Shown: in pieces, positions 10,075 to 17,699 of the stretch | How the letters are laid out: every line of letters begins with the position of its first letter | Position numbering within the stretch: position 1 is the first letter of the stretch | IMG/VR virus record: IMGVR_UViG_3300030376_003912 | Location: 1-37,361 of that record | Source of the DNA: a virus | Lineage: Duplodnaviria; Caudoviricetes | Direction: 5' to 3' (one strand) | Length of the DNA: 37,361 nt | Program-made: the position numbers and the translations under genes | Notes under the pieces: model-generated | The model's database searches: none | Seen by the model: only the letters and a program-made list of their open reading frames with translations | What the model was told of the DNA's origin: nothing

Positions 10075-10824
10075 CTAGAATCTTGTTGCCGCCACCATAA
10101 AGGTGATGGACCCTGATGAACCGGCAGTTGAAGCCGTCACCCGAAGATAACGATTTACTGTACCAGTTACTGCTTTGATTTCACCGAGTTTGGTTGAAGC
10201 ACCAACCACCGTGAAAGTAATTAGATCAGCCCACGATGAGTCGTTTGCTGAATGTTGAACTTTGATTGTTGTGTTTCCGTTCACTGTGTTTGTTGGAACG
10301 TGAAGCGTTGCCGCTCCGCCACTTGCGGAAGATGCGGCGTTATCTACTGAACTTAAAGCACCGAGTGAACCGTGAGCGATACTAGCTCCTAACGTGAGTT
10401 GCACTCCTCCGGTTAATCCGAGAGTCAGGTTGCTGGTTGAACCGCTGTCGCTTTGAAAGTCTGCACTTATGGCACTAATTCCGGCGACAGGAGTTGATAC
10501 TGCATAACTGGTTTCGTGAGCCTGACCAAGTATTGCCCTGCTGCCGATTGCGGCGGAACCTTGACGGATAGTTATTACTGGTGTCGTTGTTGAACCTAGT
10601 ATTGCCTGGAGTTCTTCGTCTGATCCGTCTGTGTCTGCCGCCCACATTCCTGCCAAACTTAATGTGCCGTCTTGTAATCCAGTTATGTAAGATTTGGAAG
10701 TGGCACCGAAAGCAGTTGATTCTTCTGCTGAAGTGGTAACGCTTATGTCGGCGCTATTGAAATATGCAGATAGGTCAAACTCGTCTACATAAACAGCGGT
10801 GTCTTTGCCTGTGATGAAAGCCAT
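10075..10824 (-). CDS. Second tail-tube-like protein with extra C-terminal domain
   Basis: Shares TAFGATSKSYI.GL.D.T.S..G.W with the next gene; C-terminal VQHS..D...W.D...RYLRV beta domain. Confidence 0.7.
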   Translation of the reverse strand: MAFITGKDTAVYVDEFDLSAYFNSADISVTTSAEESTAFGATSKSYITGLQDGTLSLAGMWAADTDGSDEELQAILGSTTTPVITIRQGSAAIGSRAILGQAHETSYAVSTPVAGISAISADFQSDSGSTSNLTLGLTGGVQLTLGASIAHGSLGALSSVDNAASSASGGAATLHVPTNTVNGNTTIKVQHSANDSSWADLITFTVVGASTKLGEIKAVTGTVNRYLRVTASTAGSSGSITFMVAATRF

Positions 10825-11027
10825 TACTCGTCATCTCCTGATTCTTCTTCTGCTTCTGGTTCTGGTTCTGGTTCAGATTGAGGAGCGGTTTTTCCTGCTG
10901 GAGAAATGTAGCCGTCATCTACGAGCCACTTGACATCTTTCGGCGCAGCTTCAAAAGATTCGCCTGGTGCGTATTCAATGTCTTTGATCGTGATGTTAGC
11001 TTCTCCGGTGACTTTGTATCTCGGCAC
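10824..11027 (-). CDS. Small structural-region protein with acidic Pro/Glu tail
   Basis: GTG start with GAGG RBS; stop overlaps the next ATG. Confidence 0.65.
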   Translation of the reverse strand: MPRYKVTGEANITIKDIEYAPGESFEAAPKDVKWLVDDGYISPAGKTAPQSEPEPEPEAEEESGDDE

Positions 11028-11191
11028 TGTTCCTCGCTTCTAATTTCTGAGCATCACGAAGAAGGGCCACAAGTACCGGCCACTCGGACACTCGGACACT
11101 CTGGTCACTTCGGTCTATGTTGATATTGTAACCGGCGGTTTCTTGCCTGGTGTAACGGTTAAAGAAATCTTGATAAATATGTCGCAAATGT

Positions 11192-11220
11192 TTGAAACCT
11201 TGCCCCACCTATGGCATACT
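11192..11220 (+). promoter_or_regulatory. Phage promoter, family copy 2
   Basis: TTGAAA-N17-CATACT; identity with copy 3 extends upstream to ~11161. Confidence 0.85.
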
Positions 11221-11226
11221 AGAAAC

Positions 11227-11508
11227 ATGAAGCAAACGAACAAAAAAGGAGAAGCTTCCAAAATGATAGAAAAAATAACACATGCAACTCGGATAGACAG
11301 AACAGAAGATGAAGCGATAGCCGAAATACTAGAGGACTATGCAGACTACATCGCAGAAGGCTGGGAATTTGATACCGGCGCTGAACTCATAGAAGAAGAG
11401 ATCGGAAGTTTCGGACAAATAAACGTTTGGGAAATAAGAGTTCAAACCACACCAGCCTTGTACGACGGACTTACCGCAATAGACATGGAACTTCTTGGTT
11501 TAGAATAA
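11227..11508 (+). CDS. Acidic hypothetical protein (second in-frame start at 11263)
   Basis: Promoter, AAAGGAG RBS and downstream terminator. Confidence 0.75.
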   Translation: MKQTNKKGEASKMIEKITHATRIDRTEDEAIAEILEDYADYIAEGWEFDTGAELIEEEIGSFGQINVWEIRVQTTPALYDGLTAIDMELLGLE

Positions 11509-11595
11509 AGATTTCCTGATTTCTTGAACCGCTCCGAAGGCAAACCATAGCAGAACAATCTGTTCCCTGCGAAGCCAAGCGAAGTTCATAGAGTG

Positions 11596-11627
11596 GAACC
11601 CTCGCCCGAAAGGGTGAGGGTTCTTCT
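11596..11627 (+). terminator. Intrinsic terminator-like hairpin
   Basis: GAACCCTCGCCC-GAAA-GGGTGAGGGTTC-TTCT between convergent genes. Confidence 0.75.
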
Positions 11628-11829
11628 ATTGAAGTAAGAAACCAGACGAGGCGTTGATGTGTTTACATCTCCAACATTGAATACGAAACGGAGTTGAAAT
11701 AAGTTCAGCAATTAAAGCTGGTCGCCCTCCACGCTCGGCTGCTGGTCCGGCGCATTCTGGATTGGCACAACGTAACATCTCAAAAGTTCGCCCAACCGGA
11801 ATTGGCATCTCGCCGTAAATGTCATTCAT
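11626..11829 (-). CDS. Zinc-ribbon protein, Mu Com-like
   Basis: RC....C ... IQCWRCKHIN pattern. Confidence 0.55.
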   Translation of the reverse strand: MNDIYGEMPIPVGRTFEMLRCANPECAGPAAERGGRPALIAELISTPFRIQCWRCKHINASSGFLLQ

Positions 11830-12169
11830 CTTCTTCTGTCATGTTCTCCAGTTGAATTTCTACATTCATTAGCCGGTTATGGATATCGTCTACGGTCCAA
11901 CTTTTAACGCTGGTGCTTAGATCAGAAATTCTTAATTGGTTGAGTCCTGAAATGCTTTCTTCTACTTCAATCATGCGTTCCGTTAAACTATCTAGTTCGG
12001 CGGTTGTTCTGGATTCTAATAGTTCTTCCAATGTAGCTATGCGGGAAATCTGTCCTGAACCGTAAACGCCTAGACTGACTCCGGCGCTGATTAGAGAAAT
12101 AACTAAACCGAGTTTGACTTTGCTGACTGAAATTTGTCGCCACGATGTGAGCGCTTCTTCTTCGCTCAT
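11822..12169 (-). CDS. Membrane-anchored coiled-coil protein
   Basis: One TM segment followed by heptad-like sequence. Confidence 0.6.
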   Translation of the reverse strand: MSEEEALTSWRQISVSKVKLGLVISLISAGVSLGVYGSGQISRIATLEELLESRTTAELDSLTERMIEVEESISGLNQLRISDLSTSVKSWTVDDIHNRLMNVEIQLENMTEEDE

Positions 12170-12171
12170 GG

Positions 12172-12576
12172 TTATGTCTCTTTGGTAACGTAATAATTTG
12201 CCACAAAAATTATTCGGTCTTGCGTGTCACGTTCTAATGGGAGTGGCGATTGTTGTGCCTCTATTCTCAAATATCTTGTAGAAGTTAACGTTTCATTTAG
12301 AATTAAAACTAGAACGCCCCAAACATCATTTGCTAATGCTTCTCCGGTTGCGTATGAAGCTGCGCGGCAGCGAACTTGTAATCCTGGCACTTCTAAATTA
12401 GGTGCCGCTGTTCCGAGTTGGTCTATTGGTGCTAGTCCTCCGGTTTGGTAAATAGCTACGCAAGTGTCTGGCGATTCAGGTAGCCGTCCGAGAAAAAGGT
12501 TTGTGCCAAGTGTCAGGTCTTGTGTTGAGATTGAAGCGGCAGCGAGTTTGGTGCCTATGTCGCTTAGCATTGTCAT
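12172..12576 (-). CDS. Tail terminator-like protein
   Basis: LFLGRLPESPD, QVRCRA..Y, D...R..FVAN motifs; position. Confidence 0.7.
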   Translation of the reverse strand: MTMLSDIGTKLAAASISTQDLTLGTNLFLGRLPESPDTCVAIYQTGGLAPIDQLGTAAPNLEVPGLQVRCRAASYATGEALANDVWGVLVLILNETLTSTRYLRIEAQQSPLPLERDTQDRIIFVANYYVTKET

Positions 12577-13004
12577 TTGATTAGTCCTTTAATCATTTTT
12601 ACGATCTTCTTGTCGTAACCTATGAAAGCTTGTGTCGTAGGATATTCAAGATATTTTGATCCTCTGCCGGAACCTTGACCGGCTTCAACTGGTCCGGTTC
12701 CGCCACGATTTTTAGCAGGATGCCAATAATCAGGGTTCTCATGTTGGATCGCGGCGTAAGGAGCGGCGGTTCCTCCGTAACTAACTGTTCCTTCTATTTT
12801 TGCTCCTCCTACCGGAAACGTTACTACTTGAGAATCTGATAATTCGCCTTCCTCATAAGGCACGAGGTCGTTTGCTTTCTGTGCGATATCTGCTGTGACA
12901 TCTTGAACAGCCATTCTTGTCGCCTGGATTACTTGACGGTTTCCTTGTGCGATAAGTCGTTGCACATCTTTTATGCCGGTAATCCTGATTGGTTCTTTAG
13001 CCAT
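12573..13004 (-). CDS. Neck/tail completion protein (HK97 gp10-like)
   Basis: VP...G.L..S, YAAIQHE, KYLE motifs. Confidence 0.7.
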   Translation of the reverse strand: MAKEPIRITGIKDVQRLIAQGNRQVIQATRMAVQDVTADIAQKANDLVPYEEGELSDSQVVTFPVGGAKIEGTVSYGGTAAPYAAIQHENPDYWHPAKNRGGTGPVEAGQGSGRGSKYLEYPTTQAFIGYDKKIVKMIKGLIK

Positions 13005-13366
13005 TATCTTTTCTTTCTACCGACATAAGCTACGACACCGACTTGTCCTTTCGGGTCGCGTCTGGTTTCAACCTGAACTATCGGGCGCGTGGCAGAAATA
13101 GGAGCAGGGAGTGTTATCTGGTCGTCAACATCTAACGTGAGCGAAGTGTCTGGAATATAAACCACCCATTCAACTTCTATTAAATCGTTTATGTCTCCAC
13201 GATCTGATTCTTGGCTTCTGCGAATATATGCGTCGTAAGAGGTTGCGTCACCGGAGAACGATCTTTCTCCGTAATTATTGACAGTTGAAGATGTGCGAAT
13301 GCTCACCGTGTCTGGTGTCATGTTGACTTTCAGGTCGGTTGCGAACTGTGCGGAAACGGCTGTCAT
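13004..13366 (-). CDS. Head closure protein
   Basis: Size and position; NNYGE motif. Confidence 0.6.
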   Translation of the reverse strand: MTAVSAQFATDLKVNMTPDTVSIRTSSTVNNYGERSFSGDATSYDAYIRRSQESDRGDINDLIEVEWVVYIPDTSLTLDVDDQITLPAPISATRPIVQVETRRDPKGQVGVVAYVGRKKR

Positions 13367-13830
13367 TATTCCACGCTACTTTGTGCCTTGATGCCGCCTT
13401 CGTCTTTGTTTGTGAATTGACCACTAGAGAAATAAGGTTGTATGCGATCTGAATTATCTCTGTCTGTTTCTTTATCTGAAATTGTTAAGCCGCCAGCGTA
13501 AGGTGTTGGTACTGAACCTTCACGAGTTGAAAGTGCTTTTAGTTCTTCTGCTTGTATCCGGTAAGCTACTGCTTTCTGCGACATGGAAACCTTCATGTCT
13601 CCAACGGCTTGATCGGCCAGGCGTGAGAACTTAGAAGCGATAGTTGTGCAACAACGAGAAGCTACATCGTAAAGAGAGTCTGTTGATGTCGTGCTTCCTG
13701 TTACTTGTTTATTGACCCACGTGATTTCTTCGTTTGCTAATAATTGATCGTTTGTGTCCGTATCGCCACACAGAAACCTGATTGCATTTAATGCTGATGA
13801 GTCTGGATCACCTGAATAAGTCCATGCCAT
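13366..13830 (-). CDS. Head-tail adaptor
   Basis: WTYSGDP...IRFL.GDTD...LL.NEEI motif; follows the capsid gene. Confidence 0.75.
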   Translation of the reverse strand: MAWTYSGDPDSSALNAIRFLCGDTDTNDQLLANEEITWVNKQVTGSTTSTDSLYDVASRCCTTIASKFSRLADQAVGDMKVSMSQKAVAYRIQAEELKALSTREGSVPTPYAGGLTISDKETDRDNSDRIQPYFSSGQFTNKDEGGIKAQSSVE

Positions 13831-13851
13831 AGTTTGTCCTCGTCTTGAATA

Positions 13852-13904
13852 GGTAAAGCCGGAACGTCCAACCGAAACAAGTCGGTGTCGTTCCGGCTAT
13901 TACC
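13852..13904. other. Long stem-loop downstream of major capsid gene
   Basis: GGTAA-AGCCGGAACG...CGTTCCGGCT-A-TTACC with inner ACCGA/TCGGT. Confidence 0.65.
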
Positions 13905-13924
13905 GTGAGTTATTTAGTTGTAAA

Positions 13925-14884
13925 TTAAGCAGCTACAGGATTGCTAAAGAAGTAACCGAGAGCGCTGGAAACTAATTTGAAGTCCCACGCGCTTTGGATT
14001 TCTATACGATCCGAACGTAAGTGTTCCATACGGAAACGGCTTACGGCTGTGTTGCCACCCATTCCACCTGATTGGTTAAGACCTGACCAGATGAAGTTGT
14101 AACCGCCGGTTGGTGTTAGAAGTGACGGCGTGCTGGCTGAGTGAACCAGTAGTGCGTCACGATCACCAATTTGAGCGTAAGAAGCAGAAGCTCCTTCGTC
14201 GGCGGTGTTCTTAATTCCTGACATGACCAGAACTTCGTCAAGTCCCAAAACACGAGCCATAAGATCAGCGGTAACTGAATCAGAGGTGGTGTATTTGAAA
14301 CGATCAACGAAATCTGCGTGGTTCTTCAAGATTGAAAACACCTTGTACGAAACAACCAATTTGTTCGGCAAGTAGCCGGTGTTGGTTAGGACTGTGTTTA
14401 TTCCTGCTTGAATATCAGCGATTGGTGTTGAACCAGAAGCGGCGCTCCACAGTGTGGAAGGCGTGCTGTCAGTTCCCCAAACGGAAGTCGTGAAATAAGT
14501 TGATGCCCAGTCAATTTCTTGACGGATAAGCATTTGTTGAGTTAGAAACCGAGTCGCATCGGAATCAGGGCTTAGTGGGTCATCAGAATTGGCTCTTACC
14601 TGGTCGCTTATGTCTTTGTGTAGTCCATAGACGGCGCTGCTGTAAGAGTCGGTTGATAAGTTGTAACCGCTTCCGGCTGATTCGGTGCCTGGCGCGCGTA
14701 GTTCGGCCTGGTCACGCATAAAGTCAGCTTGAGTATAGGTAAAAAATTTATCTGATTGTTTCGCAACCGGAACGCTCGGAAAAACTTTTGGTGCCACAAA
14801 GCGATCTAGCTCTTGTTGGTAGGCGACTGAAATGTTGGATAATACTTGATCCACATGTACGTCGGAAATAGTTGGTTGTGCCAT
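13925..14884 (-). CDS. Major capsid protein
   Basis: HVDQVLSNISVAY...FP.VPV.KQSD N-terminus; 319 aa; strong RBS. Confidence 0.88.
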   Translation of the reverse strand: MAQPTISDVHVDQVLSNISVAYQQELDRFVAPKVFPSVPVAKQSDKFFTYTQADFMRDQAELRAPGTESAGSGYNLSTDSYSSAVYGLHKDISDQVRANSDDPLSPDSDATRFLTQQMLIRQEIDWASTYFTTSVWGTDSTPSTLWSAASGSTPIADIQAGINTVLTNTGYLPNKLVVSYKVFSILKNHADFVDRFKYTTSDSVTADLMARVLGLDEVLVMSGIKNTADEGASASYAQIGDRDALLVHSASTPSLLTPTGGYNFIWSGLNQSGGMGGNTAVSRFRMEHLRSDRIEIQSAWDFKLVSSALGYFFSNPVAA

Positions 14885-14898
14885 TTTTTTAGTTCCTC

Positions 14899-15285
14899 CT
14901 ATGCCGCACGACTATTTGAAATAGTTATGAGGGCGGATTGTAAAGTGCCTGCGGCTCCACCTGTGATGACTTGACCGCAGTTGTATACGGTTGTCTCGGT
15001 GCCTGCGACGACTGGTTGCCCTTGACCGTCAGCTGAGCTGCCGAGACAGTCACCGGCGGCGACTGTTGCATCTACGGAGAATTTGGATATTCCAAATACT
15101 CTTACGACTGCTTGTTCGCCGGATTCTGGTGTGTTCTGGAGAACGCCGATTGGTTTGTCGGTTACTGCCGCACAAACTGTCACGGTATTATCACCGGACA
15201 TTTTGACAAAGTAGTATTGTTTTGAGGATAGATCGGCGGAAGCTGTAAAAGTTCCGATGTCCTGTCCTATGGATTCGTATGCCAT
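14899..15285 (-). CDS. Capsid decoration/cement protein (DUF2190-like)
   Basis: ADLS.KQYYFVK...IGVLQN.P..G..A.V...G.SK pattern. Confidence 0.7.
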   Translation of the reverse strand: MAYESIGQDIGTFTASADLSSKQYYFVKMSGDNTVTVCAAVTDKPIGVLQNTPESGEQAVVRVFGISKFSVDATVAAGDCLGSSADGQGQPVVAGTETTVYNCGQVITGGAAGTLQSALITISNSRAA

Positions 15286-15288
15286 TTG

Positions 15289-15996
15289 TTAGGCTCCCAT
15301 CTCTGTTACGTATGCTGCGTACATTTCAGGATTGGCTTTAGCCGCTTTTGAAATGCCGTCTGCAAGGTTGTTAGCTTCGCCACTTTCAACGAGTTGCTTA
15401 GCTAGGGATTCAATACGATCCCATGCGCCTGTTTCAACTTCGTCGCTGGCTTCTGTGCCGAGTTCTTTTAATACGCCCGACTCATTAAGAGCTGTGGCGC
15501 AACCATCAAAAATGTTTTCAATGACTTCTGCGGCTTCTGGTGCTGATTGTTGTAGAGAGCGAAGAACTGGTGCGAACTCACTAGGGACAACACCTGGAAG
15601 GATTGCCCAATCGTTAGCTCGTTCTGTTGCCTTCTCTAAAGCGCGTTCGTTCTTTACTGCATCTGCTTCGGCGCGAGCCTCGTCAAGTGCTTTTCGTAGA
15701 TCAGAAACTTCCTTGCGGAAATCTTCGTCTACGACTGGAACCGTTACGGCTTCTTTCTCTACTTCAGCAGTAGGTTCGTGAGTTAGTTCACTCATTTCTT
15801 CTCCTGTTGTTTCAGTAGTTGTTGCCTCATGTGCGTCGGCTAATGCTTTGTCTAGTGAGTCGTCACTTGACTTCATCACTAGCCAGCCTTCATGAAGATT
15901 CGCAGGGTGATCCACGCCACTGATTTCGTTGAGTTCTAATTCAACAAGTTGTGTCGGTTGTTTCGCCATGCGTCTTTCTTCCGTCATTGAGGACAT
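15289..15996 (-). CDS. Scaffold protein with N-terminal prohead-protease fragment (start may be the downstream MAKQ)
   Basis: LVELELNEISGVDHPAN motif, then acidic coiled coil. Confidence 0.7.
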   Translation of the reverse strand: MSSMTEERRMAKQPTQLVELELNEISGVDHPANLHEGWLVMKSSDDSLDKALADAHEATTTETTGEEMSELTHEPTAEVEKEAVTVPVVDEDFRKEVSDLRKALDEARAEADAVKNERALEKATERANDWAILPGVVPSEFAPVLRSLQQSAPEAAEVIENIFDGCATALNESGVLKELGTEASDEVETGAWDRIESLAKQLVESGEANNLADGISKAAKANPEMYAAYVTEMGA

Positions 15997-16039
15997 TCAT
16001 AATAATAGGCAACGTTTGAAAGGTTGTGGTGACGGTTGC

Positions 16040-16264
16040 TTATATCTCGTCGCCGTGTCCTCTGTGCCATCCTTCGTGAGCGGCCAGGCGTTCAGATGTT
16101 TGGTCCAACTTCCGGTCTATGTTCTCTGTCCGGTGGTCTATGGATTTGAGTAGCGAATAGTTTTCGTTTACTGAATTTCGTACTTTAGCTGTGAAGAAAG
16201 AAAAGATGCCGGTTACGACAGCGATGACGGTTCCACCGACGGCGGCTATTAGTTCGTTTGTCAT
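16040..16264 (-). CDS. Small membrane protein with coiled coil
   Basis: TM helix, then ...ERLAAHEGWH; TACGAT upstream of ATG 16264. Confidence 0.6.
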   Translation of the reverse strand: MTNELIAAVGGTVIAVVTGIFSFFTAKVRNSVNENYSLLKSIDHRTENIDRKLDQTSERLAAHEGWHRGHGDEI

Positions 16265-16335
16265 GTCGGGTATCGTATCGGATTTCCTGGCGATCATTTG
16301 ACCAAAAGAAATCTTGATAAATATGTCGCAAATGT

Positions 16336-16364
16336 TTGAAACCTTGCCCCACCTATGGCATACT
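16336..16364 (+). promoter_or_regulatory. Phage promoter, family copy 3
   Basis: TTGAAA-N17-CATACT; ~60 bp identical to copy 2. Confidence 0.85.
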
Positions 16365-16370
16365 GGTCTA

Positions 16371-16437
16371 TGTAAGAGAAAGCATGCGTAGCTTGGATTA
16401 GGTAAAGACCGACGACGAGGCGCGTGTTTCTCTTACA
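16371..16437 (+). ncRNA. Candidate small hairpin ncRNA
   Basis: Starts at the expected TSS; TGTAAGAGAAA/TTTCTCTTACA stem extended by G-U-containing pairs; no ORF (ATG TAA). Confidence 0.6.
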
Positions 16438-16472
16438 CAAAAAAATAAATCTTCCCTACGGAGAAAAGATTT

Positions 16473-16519
16473 GAGGGTCGCTAGGTTTGGGGAAACAACT
16501 AGCGGCCCTCATTTTTTTT
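16473..16519 (+). terminator. Intrinsic terminator
   Basis: GAGGGTCGCTAG...CTAGCGGCCCTC-A-T8. Confidence 0.8.
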
Positions 16520-17699
16520 ATGTCGCTATAGGATTTATGCCAGGCGTGAAACCATCGGCGAACTGATACCGGAACGGATCGTCGGGCGTATTGGAACCGA
16601 TAAGCTGCGGCGGTTGAGTAATCACAGGGTCCATTAAAGTTTTGCAACGGCAATTCGGGTGAGCCGGATTTCCTAAACCGCTTCCGCCTCTGAAACCACC
16701 TGACCAATAAAACAAAGATTTGATCGGAATTCTCTTACCTGATAACGGACTACAAATATTGCAGACATCAAAGCCTGCCGTGTTCCAAGTCTTTGTTGCT
16801 TGTGGTCCACAGATTCCCGAATCTATGCATGCTTCATACGAGGCTTGTCTTGCTGCCGCTTGAGCGATTGATGTTTCTGTTCTTGCGATCATTTTCGCTC
16901 TGCTTCTTCTTAGCTTGTCGGCGTATCTTTTTGTTCGCTTGTCTAGAAGTTCTGCGGCTCTTTCTCCGGTGATGCCTCTAGCTGTTAGTTGTTCTGCTGT
17001 TCTGTCTGCGTAATTGTTTACGGCGTTTGCCCATCGTGGAAATAATCCGTTTGTGTATTGGCTTCTATAGATTGTGGCTGTTTCAGGAGTGATTGTCGGA
17101 GCTGTTGTTTCAAGAATTTGAAAGATGCCTCTTGCTGTTTGCGTTCTTGTTCTTCCAGTAACAGTTCTTCCGGTGTTGAACTCTTGAACCTGTGTGTACC
17201 CTAATTCAATTTGGGCGAGAATTGTGTCTCGTTCTGTTGCTGCTATGTGGGAAAGTATTTCACCGGCTTGTCGTCTTGCCTGGACGCGAAGAACCATATC
17301 TGGGTAAGCAACGTTGAAAGGGTCATAAGGAACAGAACTCCATTCTGGAAACTCTGGAAAATCTGGTGTCAATACTGCTTTTTCTATAGCTGGTTTCTTC
17401 AACCGGACCGGCGAACCAAGTTGGCGCATGTTGCGATTAACAGCTTCACGGATTTGTTCGTCTGATTCTTTAGTCTCTTGTAAAAGAATCGCATACAAGG
17501 CTTCTTCTATCTTGAACCATTCACGATCCATTTCTGTGGTGACTCGTTCCGTGAATTCAATTCCGTCAATTTTTCCCTGCACCAATTCATCAACACGGCG
17601 GCGTGGCATACTATCCAGAACTTCTCTGAAAACATTTTCTAATGCTTTCTCTCCGTACCGTTGCCGCCTCTTACGAAACGAAACGTGAACGTGGGTCAT
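16518..17699 (-). CDS. Head morphogenesis protein (Mu gpF / SPP1 gp7-like)
   Basis: RAKMIARTE, C.IC..L.G, HPNCRC motifs; TGATG overlap with portal. Confidence 0.85.
   Translation of the reverse strand: MTHVHVSFRKRRQRYGEKALENVFREVLDSMPRRRVDELVQGKIDGIEFTERVTTEMDREWFKIEEALYAILLQETKESDEQIREAVNRNMRQLGSPVRLKKPAIEKAVLTPDFPEFPEWSSVPYDPFNVAYPDMVLRVQARRQAGEILSHIAATERDTILAQIELGYTQVQEFNTGRTVTGRTRTQTARGIFQILETTAPTITPETATIYRSQYTNGLFPRWANAVNNYADRTAEQLTARGITGERAAELLDKRTKRYADKLRRSRAKMIARTETSIAQAAARQASYEACIDSGICGPQATKTWNTAGFDVCNICSPLSGKRIPIKSLFYWSGGFRGGSGLGNPAHPNCRCKTLMDPVITQPPQLIGSNTPDDPFRYQFADGFTPGINPIAT

Noticed and set aside
11143-11226. Shared peptide NMSQMFETLPHLWHTRN in ORFs 11143 and 31090 as a protein domain
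   Set aside because: It is the translation of the repeated promoter; real starts are 11227/11263 and 31243/31276.
11539-11576. c-di-GMP-I riboswitch
   Set aside because: Only partial word similarity; no GNRA loop/receptor or second stem; lies 3' of a gene.
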